Assembly: GCA_964511665.1 (NCBI GenBank)
Contig: CAZEHA010000001.1
Location: 24,823 to 88,822 of the forward strand
DNA: 64,000 bases
Origin: an uncultured Bacteroidales bacterium
GTDB lineage: Bacteria; Bacteroidota; Bacteroidia; Bacteroidales; ML635J-15
Reading direction: 5' to 3'
The first letter of the stretch is position 1, and the number at the start of each line of letters is the position of its first letter. The notes under the pieces were generated by a model. It had not been told where the DNA came from and did no database searches. It saw nothing but the letters and a program-made list of their open reading frames with translations. The position numbers were made by a program, and so were the translations under genes. Of the stretch, positions 9,534 to 18,793 are shown piece after piece.

Positions 9534-10834
9534 CGGAACAAATTCACAATATCGTTGCCAATTATAAATGTCATCAACAGCATAATAATTACCAAGCCTA
9601 TATATTGTGTTATTTCCATAAATCTATCGGAAAACTTTCGGCGGGTAACAGCTTCAATCAACAAGAAAGTAGCATGCCCACCATCGAACGCAGGGATTGG
9701 TAAAATATTGATAAAAGCAAGAATGAACGACAACAAGCCTGTGATATACCAAAATCTGGCCCAATCCCAGGTTGCCCCATACACTTTGGCAATTCCAATG
9801 GGTCCGGCCAAGTCGCGGGCTTTTTCGGTACCCTTAAACACCATTTTAAAACCTTTTATATTGGAATAAATAGCTTCGAAACCATCGGAATAGGCATAAC
9901 GCATAGCCGAGAAGAAGGTGTAGTCCTTTGTAATATAATTGGGTTTGCTTATTAATATACCAATAACGCCATCACTGCTCACAGGTATTTCCAGCGATAA
10001 TGACTCACTCTGGCGATTAATCAAACATTGAATCGTATCGCCCGCTTTCGATTTCAGAATTTCTCGAAAATTACCATATGTACTCACCGGAATATTCTCA
10101 ATCAAAACCATACTATCGCCAGTACGCAAACCAGCATTCCAGGCATTCATGCTATCAGGAACCGACTCAATATGTAACGGATAATTATCGTAACCAATAA
10201 ACAGGTTTCCCCTGCCAATGTATTTATACACGGTGTCGGGAACATCAACCACCACCCTTTCGCCATTGCGCAACACGGTAACCTCTCCCCCGAAATACAA
10301 ACGTGTCGACAACACTTCTTCAGCGCGCTTCACTTCTTTTCCGTTTATTTCGATGATATGGTCGCCGGTTTTAAAGCCCACAACGCGAGCAAATTCGTAG
10401 GCATGAATGCCATCGGTAGCGTTCTCTACGGGTAAATATTGTTTGGTAAACACCAGGTGCGACATAGTAAAAATCAGAATTCCGAGAACAATGTTCAACA
10501 CCACTCCGGCAATCATCACCACAAGGCGTTGCCAGGCAGGCTTAGAACGAAACTCCCAGGGCTGTGGGTCTTGTTTCATCTGCTCTTTGTCCATCGATTC
10601 GTCGATCATACCTGCAATTTTGCAATAACCTCCAAAAGGCAACCAGCCAATTCCAAACTCGGTATCGCCAATTTTGCGGCTCCATATTTTGAACTTTCCT
10701 ATGTCGAAAAATATGTAAAACTTATCGACCCTGATTTTGAACATTCGAGCTGCAATATCGTGACCAAATTCATGAACCAGCACCAAAATCGCCAGCCCGA
10801 GTATCAGTTGCGCCGCCATTACCAATCCATTCAT
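9530..10834 (-). CDS. rseP: RIP metalloprotease RseP (site-2 protease, M50 family)
   Basis: Has the HEFGH zinc motif in TM1, PDZ-like middle region(s), and a C-terminal NILPIPAFDGGH motif. Confidence 0.85.
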   Translation of the reverse strand: MNGLVMAAQLILGLAILVLVHEFGHDIAARMFKIRVDKFYIFFDIGKFKIWSRKIGDTEFGIGWLPFGGYCKIAGMIDESMDKEQMKQDPQPWEFRSKPAWQRLVVMIAGVVLNIVLGILIFTMSHLVFTKQYLPVENATDGIHAYEFARVVGFKTGDHIIEINGKEVKRAEEVLSTRLYFGGEVTVLRNGERVVVDVPDTVYKYIGRGNLFIGYDNYPLHIESVPDSMNAWNAGLRTGDSMVLIENIPVSTYGNFREILKSKAGDTIQCLINRQSESLSLEIPVSSDGVIGILISKPNYITKDYTFFSAMRYAYSDGFEAIYSNIKGFKMVFKGTEKARDLAGPIGIAKVYGATWDWARFWYITGLLSFILAFINILPIPAFDGGHATFLLIEAVTRRKFSDRFMEITQYIGLVIIMLLMTFIIGNDIVNLFR

Positions 10835-10837
10835 ATT

Positions 10838-11998
10838 CTATAGTTTATTAATAATTTCTTCGCTAATAATTCTTGCTTGTGCATCGGTTTCGATATAATC
10901 GCATAATTCGGGCGATGCAATATACTGTGTTTTTTCGATGGCTTTTTCAATCACTACGGGCATTTTTACAAAGGGAAGCCGTTTTTCGAGAAAGCGTGCC
11001 ACCGCCACTTCGTTGGCTGCATTCATAGCACAGGGAACATTCCCTCCAGCACGCAATGCAGCATAAGCAATGTTCAGATTCCGAAAAGCCTCGGTGTCGG
11101 GCTTTTCAAAACTGAGATGCAGATTGTTCGCGAAGTCGACACGGGGAACATCTGAAAATATCCTTTCGGGAAACGAAAATGCATAATGAATTGGCATTTT
11201 CATATCGGGTAAACTCATCTGGGCTTTCACCGAGCCATCGATAAACTGCACCATAGAATGCACAATACTTTGCGGATGAATTACAACATCTATATTATCG
11301 GGAGCCAATCCAAACAACCAATGGGCTTCTATCACCTCAAGTCCTTTATTCATAAGGCTTGCCGAATCGATGGTAACCTTTGGTCCCATGTTCCACTTAG
11401 GGTGGTTCAGTGCCATTTCGGGTGTGACCGATAACAGGTATTCCATATTTTTACCCCTGAAAGGTCCTCCCGAAGCGGTAAGAATAAGTTTCTCTACCGA
11501 TTTCATATTCTCGCCCACTATGCACTGAAAAATTGCCGAATGCTCAGAATCGACCGGTATGATAGGAGCTTTATACATTTTCGACAAACGGGTAATCAAT
11601 TCTCCTGCCACCACCAGGGTCTCTTTATTGGCCAGCGCAATTACCTTTCCGGCTTCAATCGCTGCTATAGTAGGCTCCAGACCGGCAAAGCCGACCATTG
11701 CCGTAAGCACAATATCGACAGCTCCGCTGGCAGCAGCGTATTTCACCGAATCGCGTCCGGCAAACACTTTAATAGGGAGGTGCGACAGCGCATTTTTTAC
11801 TTCTGAATATTTAGCCTCATCGGCTATTACTACCATATTGGGTTCCAAAGCCACAGCTTGCTCAATAAGAAGTTTGCTGTTACTGTGGGCAACCAGTACT
11901 TCGGCAACAAAACGACCATGACTTTTCATGATAATCTCAACCGCCTGAGTACCAATCGACCCGGTAGATCCCAACAAAGCTATACGCTTGGAGTCCAT
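10838..11998 (-). CDS. dxr: 1-deoxy-D-xylulose 5-phosphate reductoisomerase
   Basis: Motifs LLGSTGSIGTQA, LANKE, DSEHSAIFQC and NAANE are present; 386 aa. Confidence 0.9.
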   Translation of the reverse strand: MDSKRIALLGSTGSIGTQAVEIIMKSHGRFVAEVLVAHSNSKLLIEQAVALEPNMVVIADEAKYSEVKNALSHLPIKVFAGRDSVKYAAASGAVDIVLTAMVGFAGLEPTIAAIEAGKVIALANKETLVVAGELITRLSKMYKAPIIPVDSEHSAIFQCIVGENMKSVEKLILTASGGPFRGKNMEYLLSVTPEMALNHPKWNMGPKVTIDSASLMNKGLEVIEAHWLFGLAPDNIDVVIHPQSIVHSMVQFIDGSVKAQMSLPDMKMPIHYAFSFPERIFSDVPRVDFANNLHLSFEKPDTEAFRNLNIAYAALRAGGNVPCAMNAANEVAVARFLEKRLPFVKMPVVIEKAIEKTQYIASPELCDYIETDAQARIISEEIINKL

Positions 11999-11999
11999 A

Positions 12000-12830
12000 T
12001 CAGAATTGAGTATAATTTTCGGGGTTCATGGCTTTGCCATCGATCCAAATTTCAAAATGCAGGTGATTGCCTGTGCTAAATTCTCCGGTATTGCCCATTA
12101 CCGCAATAGCTTGGCCGCTACCAACAATATCGCCGGTTTTCACCATAATGCTTTCGGCATGCCGATACACTGTGATGATTCCTGACTCGTGTTGCAGAAC
12201 AATAGTGTATCCGGTTTCAACTGTATAATTAGCCAGAATAACCGTTCCCTGAAGGGCTGCTTTTATCGTATTGTCGCTGTGGGCAACCACATCGGTGCCA
12301 TAGTGATTTCGTGCCGGATCGAAAGCATTGCTTACCATTCCTTTTATAGGCGGATAAACAGCCAGCATGGCTTTGGGAGCCAGATTCAGTTTAAATGAAT
12401 GATTCACCCAAATACCTCCCTTGCCTTCGGAAAGGGTTTTGGGAATACTGTCGGATGCACTTGCATGGCTTGCAAACAAGAAGGTGTTGTCAACCGAATC
12501 GATTCCCAGCAGGATATTCCTTATGGCCTCCAGATATTGGTCGCGTATTCGCAATTCTTCTTCGAGACTATCAATTCGTACTTTATTGCTATACATGTGC
12601 TTTTTTACCGTAGCATCGGGATATCCCGGCATACGTTCGCGCAGCGAGGTATTACTTATCAGCAACCAGAAACCGAAGAACAAAACTGCAATCAAACTGA
12701 GTTGCAGGATAATAATGCCAAGCCTGTTGAAGCGAAATGTCCACCGGGCTTCGAGACTCTCCGAAAGGTACAATACCAATCGATACTTACGCTTTAGCCA
12801 TTTGCCAAGATGAAATTTCTTCTTCTCCAT
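12000..12830 (-). CDS. M23 family metallopeptidase (membrane-anchored)
   Basis: Has an N-terminal TM helix. The C-terminal GNTGEFSTGNHLHFEI and HYGTD motifs belong to LytM/M23 peptidases. Confidence 0.8.
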   Translation of the reverse strand: MEKKKFHLGKWLKRKYRLVLYLSESLEARWTFRFNRLGIIILQLSLIAVLFFGFWLLISNTSLRERMPGYPDATVKKHMYSNKVRIDSLEEELRIRDQYLEAIRNILLGIDSVDNTFLFASHASASDSIPKTLSEGKGGIWVNHSFKLNLAPKAMLAVYPPIKGMVSNAFDPARNHYGTDVVAHSDNTIKAALQGTVILANYTVETGYTIVLQHESGIITVYRHAESIMVKTGDIVGSGQAIAVMGNTGEFSTGNHLHFEIWIDGKAMNPENYTQF

Positions 12831-12869
12831 GTATCTATATCGTTTTACACACGCTTATAGTATCTGATG

Positions 12870-14051
12870 TCAGATTTTATTTAATGCTTGTTCCAGATCT
12901 TCCAACAAATCCTCTACATTTTCGATTCCCACCGAATAACGCACCAGTCCGTCGGTAATACCGGCAGTCAGTCGGTTTTCGCGACTTACTCCGGCATGTG
13001 TCATTGAGGCAGGATGCTGAATTAACGATTCAACGCCTCCCAGCGATACGGCCAACATAGCAACATGAACGTTATTCATGAGTACTTCTCCGGCTTTAAT
13101 TCCACCTTTCAATTCGAAACTAATCATTGCTCCGGATCCGTCCATTTGCTGTTTTGCCAGATGGTATTGTGGATGTGATTTTAATCCGGGATATTTAACC
13201 CATTCAACCTTAGGATGCTTTTCGAGGTATTCTGCTATCAGCATTGCCGATTGCTGCGAACGATCCATGCGCAACGACAATGTTTTCAGGCCTCTTATTA
13301 CCAGATAAGCCTGATGCGGATCCATGTTACCCCCCATATATACCATTGTCTGGCGTAGTTTTTTGTGAACCTCATGATTTCCTGCTATCAATGCACCACC
13401 AACAATATCGGCATGGCCATTGATAAACTTGGTAAGCGAATGCAACACAATATCGGCACCGTGTTCAAGGGGTCGTTGCAGATAAGGAGAACTAAAGGTA
13501 TTGTCGACACAAACAATAATATTGTGTTTGTGGGCCAGTTCGCTGGCGGCTTTAATGTCGGTAATCTGCATGGTTGGATTGGCCGGTGTTTCAAGATATA
13601 ATAATTTGGTATTTGGCCTGATATGTTTTTCGATATTTGTGATATCGGCAGTGTCGATAAAATCGAAGCTAACGCCAAAACGGGAGAAATCGCGTTCCAT
13701 TACTCCACGGCTGGGACCGTATATAGCACTGGTTCCTATCATGTGGGCATTGTTCCCGAGCAGGGCCATATATACTGTTGAAACAGCTGCCATGCCCGAA
13801 GCAAGCGCTATACAGCCAACACCTCCTTCGAGAGCATTTATCTTATCTTCGAGAGCATTTATCGTGGGGTTACCAATGCGGGTATAGATGTAACCCGGGT
13901 CTTTTCCGGCAAAGCAGTCGGCACCATGCTGTGCATTTCTGAATTTAAAGGTTGAGGTTTGATAAATTGGCGTTACAGCGCTTCCGTATGCATCTTCGTA
14001 ATCGCCGGCATGAATGAGTTTTGTGTTAAAACCTTTTTTTGAAGTATCCAT
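12870..14051 (-). CDS. PLP-dependent Cys/Met-metabolism enzyme, methionine gamma-lyase / O-acetylhomoserine sulfhydrylase-like
   Basis: The [16 protein letters not shown] motif includes the PLP lysine, and the protein has trans-sulfuration family length. The start is set at the ATG at 14051 (MDTSKKGF...). The ORF-track extension to 14159 runs through a terminator and into the tRNA-Ala gene. Confidence 0.8.
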   Translation of the reverse strand: MDTSKKGFNTKLIHAGDYEDAYGSAVTPIYQTSTFKFRNAQHGADCFAGKDPGYIYTRIGNPTINALEDKINALEGGVGCIALASGMAAVSTVYMALLGNNAHMIGTSAIYGPSRGVMERDFSRFGVSFDFIDTADITNIEKHIRPNTKLLYLETPANPTMQITDIKAASELAHKHNIIVCVDNTFSSPYLQRPLEHGADIVLHSLTKFINGHADIVGGALIAGNHEVHKKLRQTMVYMGGNMDPHQAYLVIRGLKTLSLRMDRSQQSAMLIAEYLEKHPKVEWVKYPGLKSHPQYHLAKQQMDGSGAMISFELKGGIKAGEVLMNNVHVAMLAVSLGGVESLIQHPASMTHAGVSRENRLTAGITDGLVRYSVGIENVEDLLEDLEQALNKI

Positions 14052-14071
14052 AAGCATTAATAATTTAAAAT

Positions 14072-14100
14072 AACAAAAAAGGAGTTCTTGCTGAACTCCT
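14072..14100 (-). terminator. Terminator downstream of tRNA-Ala
   Basis: On the minus strand, AGGAGTTC-agcaa-GAACTCCT is followed by TTTTTTG. It lies only about 20 nt upstream of the next start codon. Confidence 0.6.
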
Positions 14101-14113
14101 TCGAAAAAATTAG

Positions 14114-14187
14114 TGGAGCATAGCGGGGTCGAACCGCTGACCTCGTGACTGCCAGTCACGCGCTCTAGCCAACTGAGCTAATGCCCC
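14114..14187 (-). tRNA. tRNA-Ala (anticodon GGC)
   Basis: Minus-strand sequence GGGGCATTAGCTCAGTTGGCTAGAGCGCGTGACTGGCAGTCACGAGGTCAGCGGTTCGACCCCGCTATGCTCCA. It folds as a cloverleaf with anticodon loop CT-GGC-AG, the G3:U70 Ala identity pair and a GGTTCGA T-loop. CCA is not encoded. Confidence 0.9.
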
Positions 14188-14201
14188 GATATTTTAAAGA
14201 A

Positions 14202-15362
14202 CTATCTCACAACCTGAAACTTACCACTTTCTCTTGCGCCACTATCTTGCGAAACAATTTCGTAGAGATAAAGGCCATCGCGTAAATTTCGGGTGTCAAA
14301 GATATAAATATCTGAAGAAATATCTATATTATGAATAACTTTTCCGTCGATACTGTAAATTTTTATTTGTGCATCGTGTGCCGAAGCATTCTTAAAATGT
14401 ATGATATCGGTAACCGGATTGGGATACACATTCCAAGAAACCGGCATGCTAGTGTTTTCGCTTCCCAGAAATTCGCCGTTATAGTATTTCACATTGTATG
14501 CTGTTTGACGGTCGGGGCTCACCTGCATCGAAACCAAAGGGATACTCAGACTATATGCCCAGTAATGAATGCTATAGGTGGAGTCGAGCATAGGTAATTC
14601 TATCGGCAGCATATCACCAATAAATGGGGCTTCCTGCAATGGGAAATATTCACCCGTAAACTTCGACCTGATAAAAATATTGGTAACGGTTCTTTCTTCG
14701 CGCAATTCGCGCAACACTTCGCGGGTTGCATTGTATGAATTGGTATCGGCAATGGTGATGCTGGTGTTCAAATCGAATTCCGACATCTGGTACATGCTCA
14801 GTGCAATTTGTATTGTGTCGTACAACGAAGCTATGGGCTGATAGTAGTCGGGGGGAATAATCTCCTGAAATTCGCTGATATGAAATTTTTGGGCAACCGT
14901 GCCTTCTTCGTTCAAACTATATGGGGCAGCAATAGGAAAGTGCATAACGGCAAGTGAGTCGGTGGCTTTCATCACCGCCGGCACACCCATCATAGGCATT
15001 TCTCCGGCCATTCCGATAATATTGGCTTCGGTCCACGATATTTTCATAAACACCGTAAAACCCATATCGTTGATAAATGCCACCGTAGCTCCGGGAAAGT
15101 CACCGGCAAGGTCATACACCGAGGGGGCAACAAAACGCACCGTATCGAGAATGCATTGCTCGTAGGTAAAAACACCAAACACCAATTCGTCTTCGGGGCC
15201 AAAGGAAGTAAGAGGCATACCCGTATTGGGATCGGTATTAGAATATATCGCCACAGGGATTTCATCGTTCACATGGATATAGTCGGGGCGGTTATACACA
15301 ACCTGAGCTTGAGTAAACGCCCATAATATCAGCATTGATAAAAGAAGTACATTTCTTTTCAT
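14202..15362 (-). CDS. Secreted hypothetical protein with a T9SS type A C-terminal sorting domain
   Basis: Has a signal peptide. The C-terminus reads VYPNPVTDIIHF....IYSIDGKVI.....LRDGLYLYEIV. Confidence 0.6.
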   Translation of the reverse strand: MKRNVLLLSMLILWAFTQAQVVYNRPDYIHVNDEIPVAIYSNTDPNTGMPLTSFGPEDELVFGVFTYEQCILDTVRFVAPSVYDLAGDFPGATVAFINDMGFTVFMKISWTEANIIGMAGEMPMMGVPAVMKATDSLAVMHFPIAAPYSLNEEGTVAQKFHISEFQEIIPPDYYQPIASLYDTIQIALSMYQMSEFDLNTSITIADTNSYNATREVLRELREERTVTNIFIRSKFTGEYFPLQEAPFIGDMLPIELPMLDSTYSIHYWAYSLSIPLVSMQVSPDRQTAYNVKYYNGEFLGSENTSMPVSWNVYPNPVTDIIHFKNASAHDAQIKIYSIDGKVIHNIDISSDIYIFDTRNLRDGLYLYEIVSQDSGARESGKFQVVR

Positions 15363-15401
15363 ACGATTGAATTTAGTTATTTAATAAACTGCAAAGGAAT
15401 T

Positions 15402-15815
15402 CTAGTTAAATACCGTTTGAGTGTTGATGGTGATGGTCTCAACATAGGTTTTGTCTTCTTCGAGCATAAGAACACCCATACCCCTGCGAACAAACGGATT
15501 GTCGCGGTCGGTACCCTTGGTAACTTCTACTTTATAAATAGAAACGTATTTAAAGTCGTAACTAACCCGACCATCTTCCCCTGTCCACGAAGTATCGGCC
15601 ACCAACTTAGGCCCGCTAAGTAAGTACACAACGGTGTGTGAACTATCGGAAGGAGCGGCTTTCACTATCACCATGGCTCCTTCAACAGGCTGCCCTGCTT
15701 CATCTTTAACAATTACAATTGCTTTGGGATTAATCGGTTCTTTGCACGAAAAAACCAGTAATATTAAGCCTGCCAGAAGGCTTGTCGAAATCAGAGTGTA
15801 GAAACGTTTATTCAT
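15402..15815 (-). CDS. Small lipoprotein, function unknown
   Basis: The start is set at the ATG at 15815 (MNKRFYTLISTSLLAGLILLVFSC, a lipobox). The body is beta-rich. Confidence 0.5.
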   Translation of the reverse strand: MNKRFYTLISTSLLAGLILLVFSCKEPINPKAIVIVKDEAGQPVEGAMVIVKAAPSDSSHTVVYLLSGPKLVADTSWTGEDGRVSYDFKYVSIYKVEVTKGTDRDNPFVRRGMGVLMLEEDKTYVETITINTQTVFN

Positions 15816-15887
15816 TGTGAAGAAATTTATTAACTTTGTAACCCACAATTATACGAACTATTTTAATTATTTCAAAATTTTATTGTG

Positions 15888-16775
15888 ATGTATAAGTCTT
15901 TTGTTTTAATACTCCTCGGCATTCTCGTTCTTGCGTCGGGCTGCGCCCTGCCATCGAAGAAGCTGGCCATGAAAAATTATGTGCTGATAACCACCGACAT
16001 GGGCGAAATGGTGCTGGGTTTGTACGAAAGCACTCCGCTTCATCGCGATAACTTCATAAATAACAGCAAAACCGGTGTGTACGATAGTTTGTTAATTCAT
16101 AAGGCCACCCATAAAGGCTTAATTAGTGCCGGTCATCCTGATTCAAAAAATGCTGCCAGCGAAGTGGTTCTCGACAAAATTCCCGTTGACACCTTGCTCT
16201 CTCCCGAGATACACAAGGAACTCATGCATCGCAGGGGGGCTGTTGGAGCTGTTAGGGCCGAAGACAAGCTAAATCCTTCGGCGAAATCGCATCCAACAAT
16301 GTTTTACATTGTTTTTGGTGAACGTTTTTCCGATAATACCCTCAACAAGGTAGAAAGCCTGCGCAATGTTCATGTGATACGCAATTATGTTGATATATAT
16401 ATATCGGAACCGGGCAATGAAGCACTGCGCGACAGTATGAATTTTTATCAGCAAAACCGAATGAGTAAAGACTACGCACGACTATATCAACAAGCTGCCG
16501 AAAAAGTGAAGCCCAGAATTACTGCAGATGGTATCACGCTGTTTTCGCTCAACAAAAAACAACGCCAGGTGTATTGCACCGATGGTGGACTTCCAACAAT
16601 GGACGGCGATTACACCATTTTCGGGCATGTGGTTTACGGCATCGACAATCTTGAGGCCATCACCCGTGTGAAAACAGGGCTGGGGTTTCGGCCACGTAAC
16701 AACATATATATTTTAAGCACTCGGGTTATGGATAAAAAAGAGTGGAAAAAATTTCGAAAAACACACCAACCATAA
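15888..16775 (+). CDS. Cyclophilin-type peptidyl-prolyl cis-trans isomerase (lipoprotein)
   Basis: Lipobox LASGC is present. Cyclophilin signatures are present (LYESTPLHRDNF, YTIFGHVVYG.DNLEAI). An alternative GTG start lies at 15885. Confidence 0.8.
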   Translation: MYKSFVLILLGILVLASGCALPSKKLAMKNYVLITTDMGEMVLGLYESTPLHRDNFINNSKTGVYDSLLIHKATHKGLISAGHPDSKNAASEVVLDKIPVDTLLSPEIHKELMHRRGAVGAVRAEDKLNPSAKSHPTMFYIVFGERFSDNTLNKVESLRNVHVIRNYVDIYISEPGNEALRDSMNFYQQNRMSKDYARLYQQAAEKVKPRITADGITLFSLNKKQRQVYCTDGGLPTMDGDYTIFGHVVYGIDNLEAITRVKTGLGFRPRNNIYILSTRVMDKKEWKKFRKTHQP

Positions 16776-16787
16776 CATAAACACTGC

Positions 16788-16795
16788 TATTTTTG
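16788..16795 (+). promoter_or_regulatory. -7 box TATTTTTG upstream of pheS
   Basis: Matches TAnnTTTG, 46 nt upstream of the ATG at 16841. Confidence 0.35.
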
Positions 16796-16840
16796 CTGCG
16801 AAAAAACTTCGCTTTTGCCAATAATTATTCGATTTACATC

Positions 16841-17860
16841 ATGAAAGAACTGATAAATAAAATAGCCGAAGAAATTTTGTTGTTCACGGCAGGCAGCCAC
16901 AACGACGCTGAAGCATTCAGATTAAAATATCTCTCGAAAAAAGGTATTATTCCAACCCTGTTCGACGATTTCAGATTGCTGCCACCCGAACAGAAGCGCG
17001 AAACAGGGCAACTGCTGAACAGCTTAAAAGTACTTGCCAACGAAAAATTAATTACCCTTCAGGAAGCGGTAAAAGGCGAAGAAAAAACATGCTGCCCCAA
17101 CGACCTCAGTCTGCCCGGCGACGCGTTGAACCGAGGCTCGAGACATCCTGTTTCGCTGCTTATCAACGAAATTTGCGGTGCATTCATGCGTATCGGCTAC
17201 ACCATAAGTCATGGGTTCGAAATAGAAGATGATGAACATAATTTTTCGCTGCTGAATTTTGCGCCCGATCATCCGGCCCGCGATATGCAGGATACGTTTT
17301 TTATTACACCCGATTTGAACATCCTACTGCGCACGCACACCTCTTCGGTACAGGCACGCGAAATGCAGAAGAACCGGTTACCCATAAGAACCATTTCTCC
17401 GGGTCGCGTATATCGCAACGAGGCCATTTCGGCACGTTCGCATTGCCAGTTCCATCAGGTAGAGGGGCTGTATATCGACGAGAACGTATCGTTTGCCGAT
17501 TTGAAACAAACCTTACTGTATTTTGCCAGAGAGATGTTTGGTGAGCAAACCAGCATCAGGCTTAGGCCATCGTATTTCCCATTTACCGAACCCTCGGCCG
17601 AAATGGATGTGAGCTGTAGCTTATGCGAAGGTAAAGGGTGCCGCGTGTGTAAATACACCGGTTGGCTCGAAGTGCTGGGCTGTGGAATGGTAGACCCAAA
17701 CGTATTGGATGCTGCCGGAATTGACTCGGAAAAATATACCGGATTTGCTTTTGGAATTGGTGTCGAAAGAATGGCAATGCTAAAATATGGCGTAAACGAC
17801 ATCAGGCTCTATTTCGAAAACGACATTCGTTTTCTGAAACAGTTCTCAAGTATATATTAA
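16841..17860 (+). CDS. pheS: Phenylalanine--tRNA ligase alpha subunit
   Basis: Contains HPARDMQDTF, class II motif 2/3 (FRPSYFPFTEPS, GFAFGIGVERMAML). The start is at the ATG at 16841 (MKELINKI). Confidence 0.9.
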   Translation: MKELINKIAEEILLFTAGSHNDAEAFRLKYLSKKGIIPTLFDDFRLLPPEQKRETGQLLNSLKVLANEKLITLQEAVKGEEKTCCPNDLSLPGDALNRGSRHPVSLLINEICGAFMRIGYTISHGFEIEDDEHNFSLLNFAPDHPARDMQDTFFITPDLNILLRTHTSSVQAREMQKNRLPIRTISPGRVYRNEAISARSHCQFHQVEGLYIDENVSFADLKQTLLYFAREMFGEQTSIRLRPSYFPFTEPSAEMDVSCSLCEGKGCRVCKYTGWLEVLGCGMVDPNVLDAAGIDSEKYTGFAFGIGVERMAMLKYGVNDIRLYFENDIRFLKQFSSIY

Positions 17861-17911
17861 AATCCTGACCGCGACCAATGCTTCCGGTTTCGGTACGCAT
17901 CGAAATAAAAA

Positions 17912-18715
17912 ATGGAACTATTCTCTCGCATAGTTGGTAACCGGTCGGAACATTTAATTGTATTGCACGGTCTGTATGGCAGTGGCAACAACTGGCTGAG
18001 CATTGCCCGAAAGTTAAGCAATACCTTCACCGTTCATTTGCCCGATATGCGCAACCATGGAAAATCGCCGCATCATTACTCGCATACCTACCACGACATG
18101 GTAAACGACGTAATTGAATATGCCAACACACAGCAACTAGAAACATTCTATTTGGCTGGGCACAGTATGGGCGGAAAAACAGCAATGTTTCTTGCGGCAC
18201 TGCACCCCGATAGGGTAAAAAAACTTATTGTTCTTGATATTTCGCCGCGAAACTATCACTACCTGAACGATGCGTCGCAACACACCCTATTTCACATGAA
18301 TTTAATAAGCTTTCTTATTAACTCAGGGCTGGAATCGGCCAAAAGCCTGTTGGAGGCCGATGCTATACTGGCTCAGGGCATCGAAGACCAGCGTTTGCGC
18401 AGGTTCATGCTTAAGAATGTGTTTAAATCGGGGAACACCCTTCGGTGGCGGCTCAACCTCGAAGCCTTACTAAACAACTTAAACAACACACTTAGCGGTT
18501 TGAGCCCCGACGATTTTATCGATAAAAAAATCAGCCTGCCAACTCTATTTTTGCGCGGTACTCTATCCGATTATCTGCCCGAAAACGACCGTAAGCTCAT
18601 CGATTTTATTTTCGACAATGCAGCTATTGTTGATATCGAAGGAGCAGGGCACTGGTTGCATGCCGAGAACCCCAATGCGGTAATTCGTAACATCGCTTTG
18701 TTTTTGTTGAAATAA
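17912..18715 (+). CDS. Alpha/beta-fold hydrolase (YbfF-like esterase)
   Basis: Has the HGLYGS oxyanion region, the GHSMGG nucleophile elbow and a C-terminal GHW.H motif. Confidence 0.75.
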   Translation: MELFSRIVGNRSEHLIVLHGLYGSGNNWLSIARKLSNTFTVHLPDMRNHGKSPHHYSHTYHDMVNDVIEYANTQQLETFYLAGHSMGGKTAMFLAALHPDRVKKLIVLDISPRNYHYLNDASQHTLFHMNLISFLINSGLESAKSLLEADAILAQGIEDQRLRRFMLKNVFKSGNTLRWRLNLEALLNNLNNTLSGLSPDDFIDKKISLPTLFLRGTLSDYLPENDRKLIDFIFDNAAIVDIEGAGHWLHAENPNAVIRNIALFLLK

Positions 18716-18761
18716 TTTGGCAAATATTTCATATCGCTGTTATTACCCAAACTAATATTCC

Positions 18762-18769
18762 TAACTTTG
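18762..18769 (+). promoter_or_regulatory. -7 box TAACTTTG
   Basis: Matches TAnnTTTG, 25 nt upstream of the ATG at 18794. Confidence 0.4.
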
Positions 18770-18793
18770 CAGCTCTATTTAAGATGTGTTGTG

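Noticed and set aside
14052-14159. N-terminal extension of the methionine gamma-lyase-like ORF (MTGSHEVSGSTPLCSTNFF...)
   Set aside because: The extension is the reverse-strand reading of the tRNA-Ala gene and its terminator. The conserved protein begins at MDTSKKGF (ATG at 14051).
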